From the NCBI GenBank assembly GCA_964386905.1, contig CAYLUP010000002.1:522-64521 (forward strand): DNA of 64,000 nucleotides, read 5' to 3'. The notes beneath the pieces are model-generated. The model had not been told where the DNA came from. It worked only from the letters and a program-made list of their open reading frames with translations, and made no database searches. Below, in pieces: positions 27,741 to 36,595 of the stretch. How positions within the stretch are numbered: position 1 is the stretch's first letter; each line of letters opens with the position of its first letter. The stretch is from an uncultured Candidatus Saccharibacteria bacterium (lineage in GTDB: Bacteria; Patescibacteriota; Minisyncoccia; Phycocordibacterales; UBA6899). The position numbers and the translations under genes were made by a program.

Positions 27741-28589
27741 ATGCGTACATATTTCATTGTTATTTTTATGGCACTCTTTGCTCCCGCAAGCGTGTTCGCC
27801 TACGAGTTTCGTGCAGAGGTGCGCGAAACACAGATTGGGCCAGGGTCTACGGTTATTGTTGATCTGAAACTTGCAGCGCGGACACTAGTAAATGCGTGTG
27901 AAGGATATCTTCAGTATGACAGTTCCGCATTTGATATCGTTCGTATTTCTTCTGGAAATTCTGTTGTTAATTTTTGGATCGAGGAGCCAAAAGTCACTGA
28001 GTACGGGATTCGATTTTCAGGAGCAACTCCTGGTGCATTCTCTGGGCAAGATAATCACGTGTTGAGTGTGGCATTTCGTGCGAAGCGAGAAGGCATTTTT
28101 GATTTTGTTCCCCATTCTTCTGTCGTATATTTGTCTGACGGGCATGGTACATCACTTGTGCCTCGAGCTCACGCAGCAGCTGTCTCCGTTGATGGTTTTG
28201 CTCGTAGTGAGCATGTCGTGGATGGAGACACTGAGCTTCCTGAGGATTTTACCCCATTTATTGTTGAGCATCCTGATATGTTTTCTGGAGAGAAAACTCT
28301 TATCTTTGCGACGCAAGATAAAGGATCGGGAATCTCACATTATACTGTCAAAGAGGGATTGCTCGGGTGGTATCGCACAGCATCTTCTCCCTATCTCTTG
28401 AAACATGATGCATTGCATCGTACAATATATATACGAGCCTATGACCATGCGGGGAATATCCGCACAGTCATCATTCCCGCTACTGTACCGCGTTCAGCAT
28501 TCTCTTGGTGGATGGTTGGTGGACTCACCGTTCTTACCTGTTTCGCACTTTTGACAATAGTATGGAAAAAATATTTCATCAGACGATAA
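27741..28589 (+). CDS. Membrane-anchored cohesin-domain protein 1
   Basis: Signal peptide; cohesin-like LKLAARTLVNACEGYLQYDSSAFDIVRISSGNSVVNF...HVLSVAFRAKREGIFDF; C-terminal TM plus KKYFIRR stop-transfer. Confidence 0.7.
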   Translation: MRTYFIVIFMALFAPASVFAYEFRAEVRETQIGPGSTVIVDLKLAARTLVNACEGYLQYDSSAFDIVRISSGNSVVNFWIEEPKVTEYGIRFSGATPGAFSGQDNHVLSVAFRAKREGIFDFVPHSSVVYLSDGHGTSLVPRAHAAAVSVDGFARSEHVVDGDTELPEDFTPFIVEHPDMFSGEKTLIFATQDKGSGISHYTVKEGLLGWYRTASSPYLLKHDALHRTIYIRAYDHAGNIRTVIIPATVPRSAFSWWMVGGLTVLTCFALLTIVWKKYFIRR

Positions 28590-30280
28590 TTGCTTTTTGC
28601 TTTCTTGCATTCCCATGCATATCTTTTGCTGCAACCCTGTCGCTTGCACCGTCAGTATTTTCGCCACAGGTTGGGAGTACTTTTGTCGTTAATGTGAATG
28701 TGTCGACTCCTGATAAGGTGATGAATGCCGCTTCAGGAGTTCTTTCGTACGACCCTGCGCTTCTTGAAATTATCTCTGTGTCCAAGACAGGGTCTATCGT
28801 GTCCTTGTGGGCAGAGGAGCCACTATTTGACAATACTAGCGGCCGCATGAGTTTTGAGGGTATTTTATATGCGCCAGGGTATTCTGGCCCGTCTGGCAAA
28901 ATTTGCGCAATTACATTTAAGGCAAAAGCCGTTGGCAGTACAGTACTTCGCTTCACAAATGGCTCGGTGTTGGCAAGTGATGGATATGGGGAGAATATTC
29001 TTTCTTCCATGAGCCCGCTCTCTCTTGCTGTTGGACAGCCCACCAAGAAGCAAGTTCCTATCTCGCTTGCTGGCGAGGTAGAGAAAGAGCCTGTTCGAAT
29101 ATTTGGGCGTGCAGTTGCAATTACATCAAGTTCACACCCAGATGCGAACGCGTGGTATGCAAATAATTCTCCCGTGTTTTCTTGGGTTCTCCCCGAGGGT
29201 GCACTCGAAGTTAAGACATTAATTAGTCGTCTCAGCTCACGAAATCCAACTGTCCCGTACATTCCACCAATTGCTGAGAAAAAGGCGGAAAAAGTGATTG
29301 ATGGGACACATTATTTTAGTCTTCAGGTTCGGACGAGGGATGGTTGGTCTCCAACATCACGATATCAGGTGAACATTGATACTGTCCCGCCAAATAAATT
29401 TACTGTCGCTATTGTAAACGAAGACCGAGATAAAAAAACTCCCCCACATATTGCATTCGAAACACAAGATGCACTTTCTGGTGTCAGTCATTATGAAGTG
29501 CGTGTTGATGATGGCGAGGTTATGCGGACATCTTCTCATGACATGAAAGATCCGTTTGCGATTCCCGCACTTCCTCCTGGTGGTCATATTGTTACTGTTT
29601 CCGCCTTTGACCACGCAGGGAATATGACGCAAGCAGCACTAGATTTTACGGTAGATGCCATTCCTTCTCCTAAAATCATTGCGCTTCCACAGGTTGTCTA
29701 TGGGGGAGAGCGGTCAGAGATTCGAGGAATCTCATCCCCGTTTGATACTGTTTTCGTGAGATATTCTGATGGTAATACCTTTATACATGAAGAATCAGTA
29801 ACGACGGGGGAGGCTGGGGCATTCGTGATACCAGTAACCTCAAAAATTCCACGTGGTTCATATATAGTTTCTGCGTATGCTGTTGATCGGTCTTTGTCGC
29901 GAAGTTACGAAACAACACCAGCTATCCTCTCTCTCCGGCCGTTTTATGTAAAGGCGTCATTTCTTGCATTTGCGCTTTTTGGCGTTTTGTTCCTTGTTGC
30001 TATTGGGGCAACTATCGCTATGTGGTTATATGCGCGTCGACACGGAGAACGTGTTGCACGTGTTGCTCTTATGCGCATTCGATATGCTGAACAGGAGACA
30101 GAAAAGGCCTTTGATATTTTAAGAGAGGAAATTATTGAACGTGTTGCGCTGCTTAAGGCAAAGAAGCCAAAAAGGAAATATACTGCAGAAGAAGTACACT
30201 TCCTTGAGACACTTGAGAGCTATCTTGGAGAGGCGAAGGATGTCATCGTTTCAGATGTTCGAAAAGTTATTGAAAAATAA
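28562..30280 (+). CDS. Membrane-anchored cohesin-domain protein 2 (cohesin + Ig-like domains + TM + cytoplasmic coiled tail)
   Basis: N-terminal cohesin: VVNVNVSTPDKVMNAASGVLSYDPALLEIISVSKTGSIVSLW...KICAITFKAKAVGSTVLRF (compare CipA cohesins); TM at about aa 480; 28-nt overlap with the upstream gene. Confidence 0.75.
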   Translation: MEKIFHQTIIAFCFLAFPCISFAATLSLAPSVFSPQVGSTFVVNVNVSTPDKVMNAASGVLSYDPALLEIISVSKTGSIVSLWAEEPLFDNTSGRMSFEGILYAPGYSGPSGKICAITFKAKAVGSTVLRFTNGSVLASDGYGENILSSMSPLSLAVGQPTKKQVPISLAGEVEKEPVRIFGRAVAITSSSHPDANAWYANNSPVFSWVLPEGALEVKTLISRLSSRNPTVPYIPPIAEKKAEKVIDGTHYFSLQVRTRDGWSPTSRYQVNIDTVPPNKFTVAIVNEDRDKKTPPHIAFETQDALSGVSHYEVRVDDGEVMRTSSHDMKDPFAIPALPPGGHIVTVSAFDHAGNMTQAALDFTVDAIPSPKIIALPQVVYGGERSEIRGISSPFDTVFVRYSDGNTFIHEESVTTGEAGAFVIPVTSKIPRGSYIVSAYAVDRSLSRSYETTPAILSLRPFYVKASFLAFALFGVLFLVAIGATIAMWLYARRHGERVARVALMRIRYAEQETEKAFDILREEIIERVALLKAKKPKRKYTAEEVHFLETLESYLGEAKDVIVSDVRKVIEK

Positions 30281-30310
30281 AACACGACAACGTCGTGTGT
30301 TATTTTTGGA
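30281..30310. terminator. Bidirectional terminator
   Basis: acacgacaacgtcgtgt followed by tattttt; convergent genes. Confidence 0.55.
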
Positions 30311-31175
30311 AAATATCCCACAACTCGTTAGAAGAATAAAAGAGAGCCCCAAGTTCTCCGTACGTGTATACGTGACCACCTGTTTCAATTTGAGCACCGC
30401 CAATGACAGGTGATTCTTTGGGGGATGATTTCTCAAAACCCAGATTAAAGAGTGTTGTGAGAACGCCGGCATTGCCTGAGATGTCATATCCGGCCTTTTT
30501 CCATTGTGCAGTAATCTCTTGGATAAATATTGCAGTGTAGAGATAGGAAAAATAATGATCTTTCGCATCTGTAAGGCGTTGATAGAGTTGTTCTCCCGAG
30601 CGTGTCTGCGTGGGGTAGGCGATAAGTGGCGAAATGTGATTTCCTGGATATAAGGGAGAGGAAGAATCTAATGCATACCTTTCTATTGCTTCAGCAGTTT
30701 CTTGTTTAATCCCAGTTACGCCAAGTGAAAATTGCGAGAGAGAGCCGAGAATTTTTAATGGTTCAAAATATCTTTTAAACACCTCTCTTTCTGCTGTGAA
30801 GAAGCGAATTTGTTCGGGGACAACTATGCTTGCAATAATGCGTGGGGATGCACCAGTCTCCTTCGCAACACGATTGATAATGTGAGCGTCCTTTCGAAGT
30901 CCTTCACGAACAACGGCCCACTCTGCTGTTTCATTCCAAGAGCACACAGACTCCTCTTCGGAGATGCAGGTTCCTGAATGTATTGAGTCATCTGGGGTGT
31001 GTTGTGTTTGTGTCGTAGGCGCTGTGCTCTGGAAAAATTTGTTTCGTTCTGAAATAGATCCGCGAACATTGAAGAGTCCAAAATGCATTGCGACAAATAC
31101 AAAAGTAAAGAGAAGCCCAATTCCAGCGAATATGAGCGTGAGGATAATCACCGTTGTACGAAGATGTCGATGCAT
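30300..31175 (-). CDS. Membrane-anchored hypothetical protein
   Basis: About 291 aa from MHRHLRTT; one N-terminal TM then a soluble domain; unknown family. Confidence 0.4.
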   Translation of the reverse strand: MHRHLRTTVIILTLIFAGIGLLFTFVFVAMHFGLFNVRGSISERNKFFQSTAPTTQTQHTPDDSIHSGTCISEEESVCSWNETAEWAVVREGLRKDAHIINRVAKETGASPRIIASIVVPEQIRFFTAEREVFKRYFEPLKILGSLSQFSLGVTGIKQETAEAIERYALDSSSPLYPGNHISPLIAYPTQTRSGEQLYQRLTDAKDHYFSYLYTAIFIQEITAQWKKAGYDISGNAGVLTTLFNLGFEKSSPKESPVIGGAQIETGGHVYTYGELGALFYSSNELWDIFQK

Positions 31176-31232
31176 TGCTGCACGATTATGACGTATTTTA
31201 ACTCTTTTCGCAATGGCGTATACTATGGATAT

Positions 31233-31760
31233 ATGCGACGAGTCATTGTCCACGATAAGATGCAGGATGGGTATGTATATGTGTGTACAGAGCCTGTAGG
31301 GAAAAACTTTCATCCTGATTTCCGCCCAGATCTCAATCCGCAAGAACTTCTTTCTCTCGGTGTTTTTGGTGGACGCTATCTCCGTGATTGTCGACAGGAG
31401 TTTCCTTCATCGTGGTTTTCTCATGGACGTTTCCATGAAGAGGGTATCCCAGGGCATTCTCCTGCGTTGAATTGTTTTGGTGTTGATGCAAGCCAACCTC
31501 TTTCCGTATGGAGAGACAAGGGGTGGATCAACCATGCGCACGACCCTCGAGGGTGGTTTCAGTGGTATTGCCGTTATTATATGGGGCGGAGACTGGAAGA
31601 TGAGGATAATCGACAAATACAGCGCTGGAAAGCGATGAGAAGACACCTGGCACAGCTGACGAAACATTGCTCTGGAAAAGGGGATGGATGTAGGAAAAAA
31701 CAGCGCCAAGCACTCCTCCATTGGGCGTATGATACGAGAGATGCACATACTCGGCACTAG
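31233..31760 (+). CDS. Basic Trp-rich hypothetical protein
   Basis: About 175 aa (MRRVIVHDK...); GWFQWYCRYYMGRR; no recognised family; the start is uncertain (31188 possible). Confidence 0.35.
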   Translation: MRRVIVHDKMQDGYVYVCTEPVGKNFHPDFRPDLNPQELLSLGVFGGRYLRDCRQEFPSSWFSHGRFHEEGIPGHSPALNCFGVDASQPLSVWRDKGWINHAHDPRGWFQWYCRYYMGRRLEDEDNRQIQRWKAMRRHLAQLTKHCSGKGDGCRKKQRQALLHWAYDTRDAHTRH

Positions 31761-31806
31761 GTGTTGTCTCTCCTGGTGCACGTGCGATGTGTGTTATAAT
31801 GTATAT

Positions 31807-32202
31807 ATGAAAGGATATGTAGCAAATATTGAAGAGCTTTCGCTCGAGAATACCAATTTTAGAAAGGTTTTGTATACGACAAAAAATTCCCAGCTCGTAC
31901 TTATGTCTTTGCTCCCGGGTGAGGATATTGGTATGGAAATACATACGGAAAATGATCAATTTTTTCGTATTGATCAAGGAGAAGGAAAGGTTATTATTGA
32001 TGGCAACGAATATGCCGTTTCAGATGGATTTGCAATTGTTATTCCGAAAGGTGCTGAGCACAACGTGTTGAACACTGGGGGCGAAGAAATGAAGATCTAT
32101 ACGCTCTATATGCCGCCACACCACAAGGATGGTACCCTCCACGAGACAAAACAGATTGCCGAAGAGAATGAAGTGGAGTTTGATGGAGAAACGACAGAAT
32201 AA
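31807..32202 (+). CDS. Cupin-domain protein
   Basis: 131 aa; cupin_2-like beta-barrel motifs (G..I..ENDQFFRIDQGEGKVIIDGNEY...IPKGAEHNVLNTG). Confidence 0.55.
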   Translation: MKGYVANIEELSLENTNFRKVLYTTKNSQLVLMSLLPGEDIGMEIHTENDQFFRIDQGEGKVIIDGNEYAVSDGFAIVIPKGAEHNVLNTGGEEMKIYTLYMPPHHKDGTLHETKQIAEENEVEFDGETTE

Positions 32203-32211
32203 AAAACACAC

Positions 32212-34245
32212 CTATGGTGTGTTTTTTTGAAAGACAATCCGAACATGAAGGCCACCATGCGTACTCTTGTGATATGTAATGTTTCCTTGGTGTGTTCGGA
32301 TAACGTGGTGTGCAATCGCGAGCCCAACTCCCTTAGTGTTGTGTTGTTTATGAACATCAAGTAGTGGCGTTCCGAGGAGTGGAAAATATACTTCTGGTAC
32401 ACCGATACCATTATCCTCGATATCAAGAATTATCCGTTCTTTCTGCTCTGTTACACAAAACCATGTTGTGAGTGTCGCCCCTTCTTTTGGATGCTCAGCA
32501 GCGTTTTTGAAAATTTCGAGCAACGCACGTTTTAGGAGGAGCGGATTTCCTTCGATAGGCATATCGCCCATGTCGTGTTTGGTGTTTATCTGTTGTGTAC
32601 ACGAGGCGACAACGTCCTTGAGAAGTGTGCGGAGAGAATGTACTTCTCCTGCTGAAATGATTGTGCTTTGTACGCGAACGAGATCAATAAGGCCCTGGAT
32701 GGTAATTTGTGATTGCTCAAGTACGGCATGCTGTGCGTCGTGTGCATTTTTTCTCCTCGTAAGTGAGATGAGATATTCTCGAAATCGTGCAATATATAGT
32801 GATGTCTGTGTTTTTCTCTCATCTTTTTCTTCTCGCTGCATTTGCTGAATGCGAGAAAGGGTGGAAGAAAGCTTCGATTTTTCTTGTTGTAGTTGCTCAA
32901 TACATCCAACACGTAAGAGTAGTGGAGAAATAGTGTGTGCCAGATCTGTTAGAAACCGGATGTCATTTTGAGTACACGTTCGAGACTTATTTTTGAGCTT
33001 TCCAGTGAGTACACCGATCATATGATTCTTGCATATGATAGGGATAAGAATGTCTGTATCGATTGTATTCATTGCTTGTTGCGCACATGTTTTATGCTCA
33101 TATTCTGTTTCAGGGATACCATAGAGGACTGTCTCTTGTGTGTATGCTGGTGGATTCGTTGAAGATTTCATCCGAGCGACAGAAAGTTCTGCGATTGCGT
33201 TGCCAACGTTTGTCGGGCAACGCGCAGCAGTGAAGAGACGAACATGCGCTAAGCCAATGTAATCATGAGCAATACGAATAATCATGTGTTCAATGTCAAT
33301 ATACGATGAAGCAAGCATGAGCTGTTGAAGAATTTCATTCGGGAGTGGTTGATCGGTATGCGGGGAAGTTGTGCGCGTTCTTATTGTGTGAATGACGCGA
33401 ATAGCTTTGTTCCCAAGATAAACCGACAATACATAAATGCACCCTGCAATTATTATTGCGCTGAGCATATCATCCGTACGTTTATAGAAGAACGCGAGCC
33501 CAACAATGCAGAGAGGAATGCTTGTTATCCATGGAATAGCATGAAGTAGGAGGGAGAGGAGGATGTGTCGAATACTAATGTAATATTCTTGGAGAACAAG
33601 AAAAACAATACTTCCGGCAAGAGATGTCGAAAAAAGTGGTCCCGCGCTATTTAGCTTTGGAAAATCAAAAAAATTTGGGAGAATAACATTCGTGATAATA
33701 CTTGCAACGATTGTACACGTCATGACCGAGAGAAACCAAAAGAATTTTTGTCGAAGAAGCGGATTGAAAGAGCGCTTGAAGCGGTGAAGAAGAATGAGCG
33801 TAGGGAGAATCCCGCCCAATGAAATCAATATACTAAAAATGACATGCTGAACATCGCGTTCAATAGAGAGATGTCCTGTGGCGTGGATGTGAAGATTACG
33901 AACAAGAAGGTGTGGTGTGCTTGCAAGAAGTATTGCAAGGAGTGTTGGAATGAAAAAGATTACGTGTTTATGTGTAAGCGTATTGCTTGGGAACATTAAT
34001 GCAAACGCTGTAAGCCCCATCAGGCCAATTGGCGCACTCATAAAGGCACCTTGGGCAAAGGTCCAGTGACCAGTAAGGAGGGTGAGGAGAAGCATGCAAG
34101 ACCATCCGAAGACACCGGTGAGGAAAATAAGCAACGCATACTCGTATGGTCGAGAGAGGCCTCGGCGGATGAGTATAATCCCTGCCCAAATCATGGAAAG
34201 TGCAGAGAGTGTAAGTAAGGTATATTCAATCAGTAACACCGACAT
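32212..34245 (-). CDS. Sensor histidine kinase with polytopic N-terminal membrane domain
   Basis: 677 aa; about 8 TM helices N-terminal; C-terminal HATPase_c (N-box NAAEHP, DNGIGVP, GVGLAIAHHV); no adjacent response regulator. Confidence 0.7.
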   Translation of the reverse strand: MSVLLIEYTLLTLSALSMIWAGIILIRRGLSRPYEYALLIFLTGVFGWSCMLLLTLLTGHWTFAQGAFMSAPIGLMGLTAFALMFPSNTLTHKHVIFFIPTLLAILLASTPHLLVRNLHIHATGHLSIERDVQHVIFSILISLGGILPTLILLHRFKRSFNPLLRQKFFWFLSVMTCTIVASIITNVILPNFFDFPKLNSAGPLFSTSLAGSIVFLVLQEYYISIRHILLSLLLHAIPWITSIPLCIVGLAFFYKRTDDMLSAIIIAGCIYVLSVYLGNKAIRVIHTIRTRTTSPHTDQPLPNEILQQLMLASSYIDIEHMIIRIAHDYIGLAHVRLFTAARCPTNVGNAIAELSVARMKSSTNPPAYTQETVLYGIPETEYEHKTCAQQAMNTIDTDILIPIICKNHMIGVLTGKLKNKSRTCTQNDIRFLTDLAHTISPLLLRVGCIEQLQQEKSKLSSTLSRIQQMQREEKDERKTQTSLYIARFREYLISLTRRKNAHDAQHAVLEQSQITIQGLIDLVRVQSTIISAGEVHSLRTLLKDVVASCTQQINTKHDMGDMPIEGNPLLLKRALLEIFKNAAEHPKEGATLTTWFCVTEQKERIILDIEDNGIGVPEVYFPLLGTPLLDVHKQHNTKGVGLAIAHHVIRTHQGNITYHKSTHGGLHVRIVFQKNTP

Positions 34246-34294
34246 AGGTATACTTCACTATACCACATTCAAAAGAAAAAGCCCCCAAGGGGCC

Positions 34295-34939
34295 TTAGGA
34301 AACATGTTGCATGTGAAGAACGCTCTCAGTAAGTGAGATGTGAAGCGTAGGAAGAGTTGTTGTATCAAACTGAGAGAATGCATGTGGAATCGCTTCGGTT
34401 TCTGTTGTATATGTTGCCCTTCCTGCGCGGAGATATCTCTCGAGTTTTTCTTGGAATACAGGATCTATGTTTTTTGGAATTGCCGTTCCAAGATTTGAGA
34501 ACTCAATACCGAAGATCTTTGAAAATCGCGAAAGGAGCTTGTCTCCAACAAAGACGATATGGGATATGCCTTGTTGGTATGCTGCGAGCCCGGCTGAAAG
34601 GATTGTTGTTGCGGCAAGAAGTTGAATTTGTTTTTTCTCAACGCGTTCAACGTCAACAGCAAGTGCACCTATTTCCGCAAAAGCCGAGCGAGGGGCACGT
34701 GCGTTGATGTGGTACAAAATGGGTCTGTCAAAAAAACGTTCAAAAAAAAGAGGGGAGTGTGTTTCGGCCATGAAAACACCCGTAGTTGCAATCGGAACAT
34801 TGTCTTCACAAATACATGAAAATATATCCGCATGCGCTGGGTTTTCAACACCGAGTCTGTGTGTATATTGTGTGTCGACGAATGCTCGTGCGAGTTGGTA
34901 ATAGTGCTCGCCAGGTTTTGTGATATGCAGGTAGCGCAT
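34295..34939 (-). CDS. Hypothetical protein, possibly GNAT-fold acyltransferase (FeeM / thermostable-hemolysin-like)
   Basis: 214 aa; weak resemblance only. Confidence 0.25.
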   Translation of the reverse strand: MRYLHITKPGEHYYQLARAFVDTQYTHRLGVENPAHADIFSCICEDNVPIATTGVFMAETHSPLFFERFFDRPILYHINARAPRSAFAEIGALAVDVERVEKKQIQLLAATTILSAGLAAYQQGISHIVFVGDKLLSRFSKIFGIEFSNLGTAIPKNIDPVFQEKLERYLRAGRATYTTETEAIPHAFSQFDTTTLPTLHISLTESVLHMQHVS

Positions 34940-35379
34940 AGGCCCTCCTTGGGCTGAAAGAACACTGTATGTAGTGTAACTTACTTTTTGTATAGTTGTG
35001 TCATCGCACCTGTGGATGCTACTATTTTATTATTACATCGCAAGTGTTTGTATGCACAGAATGTATTGATGCAACATCTCTCGTTTATCTTGTGGGGTTG
35101 TAGAGAAGAATCATTACGAAACGATTTTTACACAAACATGACGAGTCTTGATGTACTGCCGTTATGTGGGGCGTGTGTTGTTGTATTCATCTTGTATTTG
35201 TTTTGTGGAGATGAAATACATTGAAACACAAGTGTTGCATCGTTTTGGCTAAGAGATTCGCCGTCCTGTGTAATTATTTCACATGAGAGGAGTTGGGGCG
35301 CGTTCTCCTGAAGAGAATGTTTATAGTTTGTTAAACTGCTTTCTTGAAAGAGTGTTGTGGGTACTCTATTAATAATTTT

Positions 35380-36108
35380 ATGAAAACAACATACCTCATT
35401 GTTCGTGATGCGGTGCATGCATTAGGCTCTCCTGGTGATGCAAAAAAATTACAGCGTTTTTTTAAAACAGCACCTGGGGAATATGGAGAAGGAGATATTT
35501 TTATTGGAGTTCGTATGCCCGTATTGCGACGACTGCTTCAAAGTTTTCGCCCACTGCCTCGCACGGTTATTCAAAAACTCCTTCGATCTCCTGTGCATGA
35601 AGAGCGTATGTTGGGTTGTCTTGCATGTGTTGATGCGTATCGTCATGCGTGTAATGAGAAAGAAAAAAATGGCTGTATTGCTACATATATCGCATCCTTC
35701 CCTCATATCAATAATTGGGATCTTGTGGATGTGTCTGCGCCGTATATCCTTGGTGTTGCTGCGATAGATTCTCCTGTTCTTCGTGCGAGATTGAAGGCAT
35801 ACGCGCATTCAGCAACATTATGGGAGAAACGCATTGCGATAGTTTCGTCGTTGGGTTGTATCCGTGCGGGTGATGACTCGTTGACGTATGAGATCGCGGA
35901 AATACTTCTTTTCGATCCACATGATCTTATTCAGAAAGCTGTCGGGTGGATGTTGCGAGAAGCAGGGAAGCGTGTGAGTGTTCATCGCGAAAAAACATTT
36001 CTTCAACAACACGCATCCGTAATGCCAAGAACAATGTTGCGATATGCTATTGAACATTTTTCTGAGACAGAAAGAAAAAAATATTTATATATGAAAAAGA
36101 AAAAATAA
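35380..36108 (+). CDS. DNA alkylation repair protein (AlkD/AlkC-like HEAT-repeat glycosylase)
   Basis: About 242 aa; matches the DNA_alkylation family pattern (FFKT.PGEYGEGD.F.GVRMP.LR, WDLVD, KAVGWMLRE). Confidence 0.65.
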   Translation: MKTTYLIVRDAVHALGSPGDAKKLQRFFKTAPGEYGEGDIFIGVRMPVLRRLLQSFRPLPRTVIQKLLRSPVHEERMLGCLACVDAYRHACNEKEKNGCIATYIASFPHINNWDLVDVSAPYILGVAAIDSPVLRARLKAYAHSATLWEKRIAIVSSLGCIRAGDDSLTYEIAEILLFDPHDLIQKAVGWMLREAGKRVSVHREKTFLQQHASVMPRTMLRYAIEHFSETERKKYLYMKKKK

Positions 36109-36257
36109 TTTTTTGACTTATCCACATTTATTTTTCATGTGATATTGTATGCATCATCGAAGTGCGAGATAATAAAGATAGGAGTGGTGCATACATCACT
36201 CTGCTCGTCCGCTTTTGGTCGAAGCAGACTCTTTATCCATCAGCACATAAAAATATT

Positions 36258-36395
36258 ATGGCAGCAAAGAAGGTTGCAGCTAAGAAAGTTGCAAAGAAGC
36301 CAGTTGCAAAGAAGACTGTAAAGAAGGTTGTAAAGAAGGCAGTCAAGAAGGTTGCAAAGAAGGCAGTAAAGAAGGTGGCAGCAAAGAAGAAGTAA
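36258..36395 (+). CDS. Histone H1-like lysine/alanine-rich DNA-binding protein
   Basis: 45 aa MAAKKVAAKKVAKKPVAKKTVKKVVKKAVKKVAKKAVKKVAAKKK; strong terminator aaaagcccctcaggggctttttt follows at 36414-36439. Confidence 0.55.
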   Translation: MAAKKVAAKKVAKKPVAKKTVKKVVKKAVKKVAKKAVKKVAAKKK

Positions 36396-36595
36396 TTCTC
36401 TTGTCCCACACACAAAAAAGCCCCTCAGGGGCTTTTTTGTATCTGCTTAAAAGCTAGTTTTAGTTTTATTCCACTGTCTTTTTCTTATGCCCCTTATCCT
36501 ATACCCTTTAACCCTCTTCCTCCTATCCACCACCCATGAACCACCGCATTCGCCCCATTCGCCTTTTTCGCGTTTTTTGTTATAGTTAACGTACT

